The notes beneath the pieces are model-generated. The model made no database searches, was not told where the DNA came from, and saw nothing but the letters and a program-made list of their open reading frames with translations. A DNA stretch of 64,000 nt. Source: Deltaproteobacteria bacterium. Lineage in GTDB: Bacteria; Myxococcota_A; Polyangia; Fen-1088. Location of the stretch: assembly GCA_033763315.1 (NCBI GenBank), contig JANRKS010000024.1:161988-225987 (forward strand). The letters are read 5' to 3'. Within the stretch, counting starts at the first letter, position 1. The number at the start of each line of letters is the position of its first letter. The translations under genes were made by a program, and so were the position numbers. Of the stretch, positions 19,973 to 28,889 are shown in pieces.

Positions 19973-21712
19973 CTAATACAGCCGGCGTACCTGGCTGCCC
20001 GTGTAGTAGTGACCGAGAATGTCTTTGTAACTGTGCCCGGCCTCGGCCATGCCCATCGCCCCCGATTGGCACATACCCACGCCGTGGCCAAAGCCCGCGC
20101 CCAAGAATTCAAACGCCGTTGGGGCTTTGGGGTCACCCACCGGCGTGACCACAAATAAGGCGCTTTTGAGGCCGCCCAGCAACCGGCGGATGTGCAAATC
20201 CCCGCGCGCCACAACAGTGCCCTTGGCGCCCGTCAATTTGACCGCGCCGAGACGCCCGGAAAACCCACGCTCAAGGGTCTCGATGGCACGCACGCTGCCC
20301 ACTTGCGGGTAAACGTCGGCCACCAAACGGTTCATCTCGCTTGATGTCACGGTTTGTTGCCAGCGCATTTGCTTGGCACCGATGGCTGTGCGGCCCGCGT
20401 ACGCGCTTTCGGGTGACAAACGCAAAAACGCAGCGACGTTGCCGGCATTCACGCCCTGAGCGAAGGGCTTCCACTGGGTGCTTTTGGCAGCCAACGCGTC
20501 CAAGCGTCCCCGCAGCGCCGGATCGGCAGCCCCGCCCCAGATCCATTCGTTGTTCTCAGAAATGCCGCCGGAATTGGCGCTGTAACGCGCGTCAACCAGT
20601 TTGCCGTCCGCACGAAACAACACTTGCCCACGCGTGTCGCGCACGGCTTTGGTGGTGCGTGGGTTTGATTTGCCCGCCCCCGAATACACCTGGCACTGCT
20701 GGGTGGAGCACACCAAAAAAGGCTCGGCTTGGTGGCGCATGCCTAGACTCGCCAACAGCGCGGTTCGTGCCGCCACAGCTTGCGTCTTCAGCGCCTCCTC
20801 GTGGCTGTTGGCGTAGATCTCCGAAGGTACCAAACCTTCGAGCAAGCGTTCGGCGTCCACGGCGTTCACGGCCACCAAACTGCCGTCGTTGCCCACAGTC
20901 ACATAGACCTTGCCGTAGTACTGCCGCGTTTCTTTTTTCACGGCCCCCAATTGCGAGCCCCCGCCGCCGTGCTCGACATCCATCACAGTGAGCGTGGCCT
21001 CGTTTTGCTTCGGCGCGAACCACACCACCGAAGAGTTGCGAACAACCACCCCCGAAGCGTGTTTGGCCACCACCAGCCCACGCGGGCGTTCAACAAGTTC
21101 ACGGTAAACCGACGTCTCGATGCCGTGCTTTTTCGCCAAAGCCTCCGCCGTCTTCTTGCCGAGCGGCGGCTTTTCAGGGGCGATGGCCACCAAGGTTTTG
21201 CGGCTATCGAACACGGTGCCTTCAACGCCGAACACCGTGCCCACCTCAAAGCCGCGCGGTGTATAACCGCGCTCCTTCCACAGCGCGATCTGCGCGCGCA
21301 CATCCGTGCCGCCGCCCGAGGGCACCTCGGCAACCACCGTCCATTCCCGAATCACGGCGTTGGTGGGCTTTTCCACACTCACCGTCCATACGCCGGGCCC
21401 CGCATCGATCGCCGCGCCGCCTTCGCCATCGGGCAGCACCAACGTGACGTCACTGCCCCCCACCCGCACCTGGGGCTGGTTGCTCATCAGTTCCACAGTG
21501 ACCAATGGCAAACCGTCGGCGTTAAACGTAAATCCATTGCTGTAAAGGATGCGCAGCTTGTCTTGGCTCGAGGTTTCATCCGCTTGCGCTAGCGCCATAT
21601 GAGGAACGCTGGTGAGGCCAGCCCATAACGTGAGGCAAACCGCGCAAACACGCGTGGCCATCAAACGACCTTTATGGAGCCTTTGCGCAAACCTGGTTGA
21701 TGCCGCAATCAT
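19973..21712 (-). CDS. SpoIID/LytB domain protein (putative peptidoglycan lytic transglycosylase)
   Basis: LEGLVPSEI...[33 protein letters not shown]...ILGHYY; signal peptide. Start uncertain. Confidence 0.85.
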   Translation of the reverse strand: MIAASTRFAQRLHKGRLMATRVCAVCLTLWAGLTSVPHMALAQADETSSQDKLRILYSNGFTFNADGLPLVTVELMSNQPQVRVGGSDVTLVLPDGEGGAAIDAGPGVWTVSVEKPTNAVIREWTVVAEVPSGGGTDVRAQIALWKERGYTPRGFEVGTVFGVEGTVFDSRKTLVAIAPEKPPLGKKTAEALAKKHGIETSVYRELVERPRGLVVAKHASGVVVRNSSVVWFAPKQNEATLTVMDVEHGGGGSQLGAVKKETRQYYGKVYVTVGNDGSLVAVNAVDAERLLEGLVPSEIYANSHEEALKTQAVAARTALLASLGMRHQAEPFLVCSTQQCQVYSGAGKSNPRTTKAVRDTRGQVLFRADGKLVDARYSANSGGISENNEWIWGGAADPALRGRLDALAAKSTQWKPFAQGVNAGNVAAFLRLSPESAYAGRTAIGAKQMRWQQTVTSSEMNRLVADVYPQVGSVRAIETLERGFSGRLGAVKLTGAKGTVVARGDLHIRRLLGGLKSALFVVTPVGDPKAPTAFEFLGAGFGHGVGMCQSGAMGMAEAGHSYKDILGHYYTGSQVRRLY

Positions 21713-21751
21713 TGGTACACCTGGGCTTCATCTTGTGGTGAGATTCGCCTT

Positions 21752-23668
21752 ATGTCACTTCGAGAGCTGGTTTTGTTTGGCACTTCATCTTTGGGCTCAT
21801 CGCCACGCACGCTGCGCGCCGGCCTGCTTTCGGCCGTGCTCGAAGATGGTCAGCTGCGCCGCATCTGTTGGGCGGGCCGCGAGGCCATCCGCGGCATTGC
21901 GTTCTTGATCCGCAACGACAATTGGGGAACGTATCCCGCCAAGCTCAACAACCTGCACGTCGAGGAGAGTGAAACGGGCTTCCGCATCACCTACAACGGT
22001 CACTGCAGCGACGATCGTCAAGCGCTGGATTATAGCGCGGAGATCACGGGGGATGCACAAGGTGCCCTCAGCTTCCGCTGCCACCTGCGCCCGACCACCG
22101 ATTTTTCCACCAACCGCGCGGGCTTCGTGGTGTTGCATCCTTTGAACGGCGTGGCCGGCGAACCAGTCACGGTGCTGCATACTGACGGCAGCACAACCCA
22201 AAGCCACTTTCCCAAACACATCGCACCTTCACAACCGTTGTTCGACATTCGTGCGTTGACCCACGAGGTTTCGCCCGGCATCACCGTGACCTGCACGATG
22301 GAAGGCGACGCTTTTGAGATGGAGGATCAGCGCAACTGGTCCGACGCGTCCTTCAAAACGTACGTGCGGCCGCTCGCCAAACCATTCCCCTACGTTCTGC
22401 CCGCGTTGCAAGAACAAACGCAAGCTGTGTCGTTGCGGTTCTCACAAACGTCACCCGCGCCGCGCATCGCCGTCGACGGGCCACAGCAACAAACGCTGCG
22501 GCTTGGACCCCAAACGGGGCGGATGCCGGCGTTGGCGCTCACGCTGGCGGGCGAAAGTGCAAATCAAGCGCTCGGCCACGTGCAAGGGCCGTTGCGTTTG
22601 TTGGAGCCGCAGTGGCTCGTGGGTCGGTTGACCATGGATGTGCGCGCCGACGAATTGCGCGCTTTGGCGGCGGCACAGCGGCTCACACAAGCACAACTGT
22701 GGCTGGAAGTGGTGGTGCCCTGCCGAAGCGCGCCCCACGAAGAACTGCACCAATTGGCGCGGGCCGCGCGTGAGGCTGGGTTGCAAGTGTCTGCCGTGAC
22801 GATCACGCCTGAGGCGTTGCTGAAGACCGTGCCCGCGGGCTTCACGGTGCCTGGGCTGGCCGGTGGCATGCCCGCCTTGTTGCAAAACGCGCGACGCGAA
22901 TTTGCGGGCGCGTTGATCGGCGCCGGCTCCGCAGCCTATTTCACCGAGCTCAACCGCAATCCGCCGCCGATGGGCGCATATGATTTCGTCACGCACACCA
23001 CGTGCCCCATCATTCACGCCGCCGATGACGATTCGGTCATGGAGACCCTGCAGGCGTTGCCGTGGATCTTCGAATCAACGCGGCAGCTGTCGGCCGCCGC
23101 ACCTTATTGGCTGGGGCCCACGACCATCGGCATGCGCCACAATCCTTACGGCGCGGCGCCAGCACAGAATGCCGCGCACCTGCGGATGGCGATGGCGAAA
23201 GAGGATCCACGCCAACGGGGTTTGTTCGGCGCTGCCTTCTATACGGCGTATGCCGCCGCGGCGGCCCGCGCTGGTTTGACGGTGATGGCGTTTTGTGATC
23301 CCACGGGCCCGTTCGGGCTCATCAACACAGAGCCGCAGCCACAGGTGTTCCCTGCCTACCACGTGTTTAAATGGTTCGCCCAGGCCGCGGGTCGGCCCTG
23401 TTTGGCGGTGGACAACAACCCCGCAGGCGCCATAGAAAGCGTGGCTTACGCAGAAGGCAGCCAACGCGTGTTGTTGTTGTCCAACACGACCGCACAACCA
23501 CAAACCATCCACCTCGCCGATGTGCAAGCTGTGAGCGTGGCTATGCTCGACGAAACGTCCGTGGGCGCAGCGGCCGACGCCACGTGGTCTCTGCGTCCAG
23601 GCGTGACCGACAGGGCCGCGAAAATCACGTTGCAGCCTTACGCTGTGGCACGCGCCATTTTGCCCTAG
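21752..23668 (+). CDS. D-apionate lactonase-like protein (ApnL family)
   Basis: LRAGLLS..., IRNDNWGT, NRAGFVVLHP, FEMEDQRNWSDASFKTY, YFTELNR, HAADDDSVMETL, DPRQRGLFGA. Family recognised from memory. Confidence 0.6.
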   Translation: MSLRELVLFGTSSLGSSPRTLRAGLLSAVLEDGQLRRICWAGREAIRGIAFLIRNDNWGTYPAKLNNLHVEESETGFRITYNGHCSDDRQALDYSAEITGDAQGALSFRCHLRPTTDFSTNRAGFVVLHPLNGVAGEPVTVLHTDGSTTQSHFPKHIAPSQPLFDIRALTHEVSPGITVTCTMEGDAFEMEDQRNWSDASFKTYVRPLAKPFPYVLPALQEQTQAVSLRFSQTSPAPRIAVDGPQQQTLRLGPQTGRMPALALTLAGESANQALGHVQGPLRLLEPQWLVGRLTMDVRADELRALAAAQRLTQAQLWLEVVVPCRSAPHEELHQLARAAREAGLQVSAVTITPEALLKTVPAGFTVPGLAGGMPALLQNARREFAGALIGAGSAAYFTELNRNPPPMGAYDFVTHTTCPIIHAADDDSVMETLQALPWIFESTRQLSAAAPYWLGPTTIGMRHNPYGAAPAQNAAHLRMAMAKEDPRQRGLFGAAFYTAYAAAAARAGLTVMAFCDPTGPFGLINTEPQPQVFPAYHVFKWFAQAAGRPCLAVDNNPAGAIESVAYAEGSQRVLLLSNTTAQPQTIHLADVQAVSVAMLDETSVGAAADATWSLRPGVTDRAAKITLQPYAVARAILP

Positions 23669-23694
23669 CGCCCGCGCAGGCCTAGACTCGTGCC

Positions 23695-24456
23695 ATGATC
23701 AAAACGCTTCATCACGAGGATGTGCGCGAACTCCAATTGGATCGCCCACCCGTCAACGCCTTGGACCCCGCCTTGATCCAAGCCTTGCGGCAAGCGTTGG
23801 CCGCCGCCCGCCATGATGGTGTCAACGGCTTGGTGTTATCAGGGGCGCAGGCGCGCTTCTCGGGCGGCCTGGATGTGCCTGCGTTGCTCACGCTTTCGCG
23901 GGACGAACTGCGCGAGACGTGGATCGACTTTTTCGGTCTGCTTTCGGATCTCGCACATCTGCCGATGCCTTGGGCCGCCGCGCTCACAGGTCACAGCCCC
24001 GCAGGTGGCACAGTGCTCGCGCTTTACGCCGATCACCGCATCATGGCTGAAGGCAAATACGTGATCGGTCTCAACGAGGTGCAGGTGGGGTTGCCGGTGC
24101 CCGAGTTTCTCTATCAGGCGCTCACACATGTTGTGGGCACCCGCGAAGCGCACAGGATGGCGATGACGGGCATCTTGATCGATCCAGCGGAGGCATTGCG
24201 CGTTCACTTGGTGGATCATTTGGCTGTGGGTGATCAAGTGATTCCGCAGGCCGTGAGCTGGGTGCAAGACGTTCTTAAAAAGCCACGCAAGGCGATGTTG
24301 CAAACACGCGCGCTGGCACGTCGCCCGTTGCATGAATCGTTCAAACTGGTGAGCACCACTTTGATCAACGAGATTGTTGATCAGTGGTTCTCCGAAGAGA
24401 CCCAAACCACGCTCAAGAAACTGGCCGCGCGTTTGGGTAAGGTGCCCGCCGCTTAA
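23695..24456 (+). CDS. Enoyl-CoA hydratase/isomerase family (3,2-trans-enoyl-CoA isomerase-like)
   Basis: RPPVNAL, FSGGLD, GHSPAGG, IGLNEVQVGL. Confidence 0.88.
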   Translation: MIKTLHHEDVRELQLDRPPVNALDPALIQALRQALAAARHDGVNGLVLSGAQARFSGGLDVPALLTLSRDELRETWIDFFGLLSDLAHLPMPWAAALTGHSPAGGTVLALYADHRIMAEGKYVIGLNEVQVGLPVPEFLYQALTHVVGTREAHRMAMTGILIDPAEALRVHLVDHLAVGDQVIPQAVSWVQDVLKKPRKAMLQTRALARRPLHESFKLVSTTLINEIVDQWFSEETQTTLKKLAARLGKVPAA

Positions 24457-24464
24457 GTAAGCGA

Positions 24465-25232
24465 TCACAACAAGGTCAACGCAGACGCGTTGGCGGAGCC
24501 GCGTGATCCAAGCCGGTTGTGAAATTCATACGCGTCGCCGCGGTAGATGGTGTGTTCCCACCACAGGGGCGCATCGCCTTGCAGAAAACCAACCGCTGTG
24601 ACCGACAAACACGCGGCGCCCTTTTTCACCCGCAACCGCTCCGCCGCCACCGCGTTGGCGGCCACGGCTCGAATGCTTTGTTCGGCGCCCGAAATGCGCA
24701 GGTTGAACGTTTTGGTCCACAGCGTGTAAAGCGACCCACTGGCGCTTTGTTCATCAAGGGCGGGGCAGTGGCGCGCCACGACGATGCGATGCTCGAAGAT
24801 CACCGGCACACCTTCGGCCAAGCGCAGGCGTTCCATATCAATCAGCGTTTCATCGCCGGCCACACCGAGGCGCGCTGCCACGGCGGGATCGATGTCTGCA
24901 GCAGGCACGCGCGACAAACGTAGAACCTGGGTGCTGGGCGTTTGCCCTTTCGCGGCCGCGCGCGCCGTGAAGCTGACCAAAAGCCCCAGGTCAACGTCAA
25001 TCACGCTTGGCTGCACGAAGGTGCCAAGGCCTTTGCGAAACTCAAGCAGGCGCTCTGAAACCAAGTTCGACAACGCCTTGTTGGCGGTGGCACGACTCAC
25101 TTCAAACCGTTCGGCGATCTGGCGCTCGGTTAAGAAACGCTCGCCGGTTTTGAATTCCCCGGTGCGGATCAGTTCGCGCAAAACGTCGTTGAGCTGCTGG
25201 TAAACGGGCGCTTTGACGAGTTTGGTAACCAT
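24465..25232 (-). CDS. GntR family regulator, HutC subfamily (wHTH + UTRA)
   Basis: YQQL...TERQIAERFEVSRATANKAL...KGLGTFV; UTRA with SLY...AEQSI...YRGDAY. Confidence 0.9.
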   Translation of the reverse strand: MVTKLVKAPVYQQLNDVLRELIRTGEFKTGERFLTERQIAERFEVSRATANKALSNLVSERLLEFRKGLGTFVQPSVIDVDLGLLVSFTARAAAKGQTPSTQVLRLSRVPAADIDPAVAARLGVAGDETLIDMERLRLAEGVPVIFEHRIVVARHCPALDEQSASGSLYTLWTKTFNLRISGAEQSIRAVAANAVAAERLRVKKGAACLSVTAVGFLQGDAPLWWEHTIYRGDAYEFHNRLGSRGSANASALTLL

Positions 25233-25387
25233 AGTAAAGGCGGCTAAGCCACCCTATACGCCATTCGGGTGCCGCCACAAGAGTTACAAAACATGTTCGA
25301 CCTCGAAACCAGTACGCGCGACGAAACCCGAATCAGCAGTGAGCAAGAGCTGACCATGCGCCTACACCTTGGGCGTCGTGCTCGGCG

Positions 25388-25846
25388 CTAGGGAACCACC
25401 GAGACGTTGGTCTTCACCGAATTTGCGATGAAGCACTGATCATGAGCGCGGTGGTGCAGTTGTTCCAACTGCTCCCCGTGCGGCTCTTTGCCACCGGCGA
25501 ATTCAATTTTGGGATGCAACTCAACGTCACTGATCCAGGGCACGCCACGCTCATTCTTCGTGAGCATCCCGACCGCGTTGTCTTCGTACCGAAGCACTTC
25601 AAAGCCGGCCTTGGCGGCCACGAACAGAAACGTCAGCATGTGGCAGCTGGACAAAGAGGCAACGAAGGCTTCTTCCGGATCCACCGCCGCAGGGTTGGAC
25701 CAGGGAGCGGGGACCACGGCCGGCGTTGGGGACGCTGCCACGGTGATGCCGCCATCAAACGACCACGTGTGCTCCCGGGAATACCTGCCCTTGGTGAACT
25801 CTCCGCCTTGAAACTGCCAGACCACTTTCGCCAAATGCGTGCTCAT
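25388..25846 (-). CDS. OsmC/Ohr family protein
   Basis: YSREHTWSFDGG, DPEEAFVASLSSCHML, AHDQCFIANSV. Confidence 0.9.
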   Translation of the reverse strand: MSTHLAKVVWQFQGGEFTKGRYSREHTWSFDGGITVAASPTPAVVPAPWSNPAAVDPEEAFVASLSSCHMLTFLFVAAKAGFEVLRYEDNAVGMLTKNERGVPWISDVELHPKIEFAGGKEPHGEQLEQLHHRAHDQCFIANSVKTNVSVVP

Positions 25847-26134
25847 AGCGGCGGAGCCTAGGACACAGACGGCCAGGCAGCACCGATCCCTGAGAAAATC
25901 CCCGCAATTCCCGTCTTCTCTCGCGCTGAGCCGGAACGCTCCAGGCGATCTTGCCTGGGATGGCTAGCCCCAGGTCGTGGGGTAGGTTAAGATGCGCCTC
26001 AATGATTAGAAGCGAAGGAATGTTTGGTTCACCTGGGAAGGTGCATTGGTGAAGTCTTTGTTTGCACCAATCTTGGATAAACCGCACCAATCACGCCTCA
26101 ACCTAGGGGCGAGCCTCAGCCAGGGGGCACAACG

Positions 26135-26608
26135 ATGAACCGCAATCCTGGCCAAAACAAACGGCAGCGCGAAGCCGAGCGCGACAAGAAGAAGAAGGAA
26201 AAGGCCGCGCGTTTGCAACGAAACCGCGATCTTCGCGCCAAGGGCATCGACCCGGACATGGAAGAGGGCGATCCTGAAGTGCTGCCCGAGATCAGCCTCG
26301 AGGACATCATGAACGCGGGCGTCTCTGGTGTGGCTGCGCGCCCGCCACGCAGCGAACGTGGCCCCACAAAGTTGTTCGTGGGTGGCCTGAGCTGGGAAAC
26401 CAGCAACGAAGAGCTCACGCAGGCGTTTTCCAAGTTCGGCCCGCTTGTGGAAGCCACGATCATCACGGATCGCGCCACGGGCAACCCGCGCGGCTTCGGT
26501 TTCGTAACCTTCGAGACCGCTGGCGCCGCCGCGGAAGCCATCAAACAGATGAACGGCGCCGAACTCGACGGGCGCACCTTGAAGGTGAACCCAGCCGACC
26601 GCGGTTAA
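26135..26608 (+). CDS. RRM RNA-binding protein with a charged N-terminal extension
   Basis: RNP2 KLFVGGL, RNP1 RGFGFVTF, MNGAELDGRTLKVN. Confidence 0.9.
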   Translation: MNRNPGQNKRQREAERDKKKKEKAARLQRNRDLRAKGIDPDMEEGDPEVLPEISLEDIMNAGVSGVAARPPRSERGPTKLFVGGLSWETSNEELTQAFSKFGPLVEATIITDRATGNPRGFGFVTFETAGAAAEAIKQMNGAELDGRTLKVNPADRG

Positions 26609-26704
26609 ACCCGCTTCCTGCTCCAGCCGGCACGGCAACAGCCTGTCGGCCGGTGGCAGCCTAACACCACCATCAAAGGCGACGTCAGGCCGCCACCTTG
26701 GACG

Positions 26705-26905
26705 CTAGGGTGCCTTTTCTTCAACGAAGTATGCGGTTCGGTGGCGCGCGCCCGGTAAGTGCGAATCCCAGCACGACGACGAGCAAAACACCAACTTGAC
26801 GCGACCGTTGTTGCAGGTCGAAACCGAACAACGAATCAAGGTCTTGCCGCGGGCGATCGGCTTGCGGCACATCGAACACACCAACGAGGCGGACGTTTCA
26901 ACCAT
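26705..26905 (-). CDS. Small Cys-rich putative zinc-binding protein (66 aa)
   Basis: CSMC...CSVSTC...FCSSSCWDSH...H; TACAAT -10 hexamer 6 nt before the ATG. Confidence 0.7.
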   Translation of the reverse strand: MVETSASLVCSMCRKPIARGKTLIRCSVSTCNNGRVKLVFCSSSCWDSHLPGARHRTAYFVEEKAP

Positions 26906-26966
26906 CCGCCCATTGTAGCCAACGCCGCGCCCCTGCGCGCGCCGAAGGCAACGAATGCCGGGGCGC

Positions 26967-27785
26967 TCAGCTTTTTCCCAGGCCGCCGGCCACCTTGGTG
27001 GCTTCTTCAACCGCGCGCGCCAGCACCGAACGGATGCGCCCATCTTCAAGCGTTAAAAGGCCCGCGATCGTGCAGCCGCCAGGTGTGGTGACCTGATCTT
27101 TGAGAGCCGCCGGATGCATGCCGGTTTCGAGCACCATACGCGCTGAGCCCTGGATCATCTGAGCAGCCATTGTGAAAGCGACGTCGCGGCGCATGCCCAT
27201 CATGACTGCGCCGTCCGCCAACGATTCGAGGATGAGGTAAGCGAACGCCGGCCCGCTGCCGTTGAGCGCGGTGACCACGTCCATGTTCTTTTCGTCGATC
27301 TCCACGCAGCGCCCGCAGGCCTGGAAGATCTCCATCGCCACAGCCAATTGTGAGTCAGTGACAGAAGCCTCGCGTGCCAGTGCCGTCATGCCTTCACCGA
27401 TGAGCGCCGGGGTGTTTGGCATGGCACGGATGATCGCAATGCCCGGCAACCAGGCCGCGATTTGCTCGAGACGAACGCCGGCCGCCACGCTGATCACAAG
27501 CTTGCCCGCCAAGGCCTTCCGCATTTCATCGCTGTCGAGCGCGGCCTTCATCGTTTGTGGCTTTACGGCCACGACCACCACCGCCGCGGCTTTCGCAACC
27601 TCGCCGGCATCCGTGGTGGTGTTGACGCCATGGCGTTCACCCACGGCGTCGGCTGTGCTCTTATAGCGATCGGCTCCCATCACTTGGGCGGGCGGCAGCT
27701 TCCCCGAACGCAGCACGCCGCGCATGATGGCTTCGCCCATCGTTCCGCATCCGATGAAACCTAGGATCTTGTTGCCTTCGAGCAT
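26967..27785 (-). CDS. proC: Pyrroline-5-carboxylate reductase
   Basis: GFIGCGTMG, AVKPQ, RAMPNTP, GSGPAF, LKDQVTTPGG. Confidence 0.95.
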   Translation of the reverse strand: MLEGNKILGFIGCGTMGEAIMRGVLRSGKLPPAQVMGADRYKSTADAVGERHGVNTTTDAGEVAKAAAVVVVAVKPQTMKAALDSDEMRKALAGKLVISVAAGVRLEQIAAWLPGIAIIRAMPNTPALIGEGMTALAREASVTDSQLAVAMEIFQACGRCVEIDEKNMDVVTALNGSGPAFAYLILESLADGAVMMGMRRDVAFTMAAQMIQGSARMVLETGMHPAALKDQVTTPGGCTIAGLLTLEDGRIRSVLARAVEEATKVAGGLGKS

Positions 27786-27852
27786 GGGGCGCCAATCGTG
27801 GCCGATCCACAGCGCTTCGTAAAGGCCGGCCACCAAAATCAACGGCGGCAGG

Positions 27853-28707
27853 TTAAGGTTTGCGGCTCCAATCGATGAACAGGGCCCGGCCCGGCGGTTG
27901 GCAATGCGGGCAAAAATCTGAGTCCGCGGCACCCACCCGCACTTTGCGCAGCGTGGTCTTACAGCGCGGACAGGGCTGGCCGGCGCGGCCCCGCACCATC
28001 AAGAAATCGCGCAACTTCTCATCAACGGCCGGCCCTTCACGCGCAATGTGCTCGCTTGCCCCGGTAAGTACGCTGCGAACGGCGTTGAACAACACTTCCA
28101 CCGCATGCGGCTGCAGCTGATAGCAAAACGTTTTGGGGTGAATGCCGGCTGCAAATAGGATCTCGTCGGCGTAGGCGTTCCCGATGGAAGCAAGCGCACC
28201 TTTATCCATCAAGAAGTTGCGCACCTGATCGCGCCGGCCACGTATGAGTTCAGCAAACACCGGCAAAGTGAACGCGTGCGACATCACGTCCACGCCCAAG
28301 GTTGCATAAGACGGGATCGTGTTCTCTTGCGCAGGTCGGGCCACGTAAATTTTGCCCATACGCTTGGCATCCAGGTAGCGAAGCTCCTTGCCATTGTCGA
28401 AGCTCAACGCCAACACGAGGCTTTTGGGATCAGCCTTTGGATCAGCCGCGGCCGGGACCATGGCATAGCGGCCGGCCAGCATCGCGTTGACCACCAAGAC
28501 AACGTCTTCAGTGAACGCAAAGCGCATGAAGTGGCCCCGGCGCTCAACCGCCGTGAGAGTGCGCCCCAGGAGCAGGTCGGGTATCTTGGCGTCAATCATG
28601 ACGCGAAATGGCACCGGATCGCCCACCCTCAGCCCAATAATCCGTGCGCCCACGAACACGGGGGCCAGCTGCGATTCCACATGCAAAAGGTCAGGAAGTT
28701 CAGGCAT
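27853..28707 (-). CDS. Divergent Fpg/Nei family DNA glycosylase/AP lyase
   Basis: MPELPD N-terminus, H2TH IGNAYADEILF, CPRC...CPHC zinc finger; AAAGGAG SD. Confidence 0.88.
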   Translation of the reverse strand: MPELPDLLHVESQLAPVFVGARIIGLRVGDPVPFRVMIDAKIPDLLLGRTLTAVERRGHFMRFAFTEDVVLVVNAMLAGRYAMVPAAADPKADPKSLVLALSFDNGKELRYLDAKRMGKIYVARPAQENTIPSYATLGVDVMSHAFTLPVFAELIRGRRDQVRNFLMDKGALASIGNAYADEILFAAGIHPKTFCYQLQPHAVEVLFNAVRSVLTGASEHIAREGPAVDEKLRDFLMVRGRAGQPCPRCKTTLRKVRVGAADSDFCPHCQPPGRALFIDWSRKP

Positions 28708-28889
28708 ATGCGCTCCTTTTAGCGGCTTGAGGCACGACCGGCGCGAGGCCCAACACAACGCAACGCGTCCTAATAAACCCCTTTGTGCGACCACCGATGT
28801 GACGAGATCCCATTTGCGTCCTCAGGGTAGATGGGCGCACAATGCTTGCTGCTACCTAGAGAGATTAATTCATCGTGAAGGAGTGTGTG

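Noticed and set aside
28798-28814. TGTGA-containing CRP/FNR-like site upstream of the di-heme gene
   Set aside because: The spacing and second half-site do not fit TGTGA-N6-TCACA.
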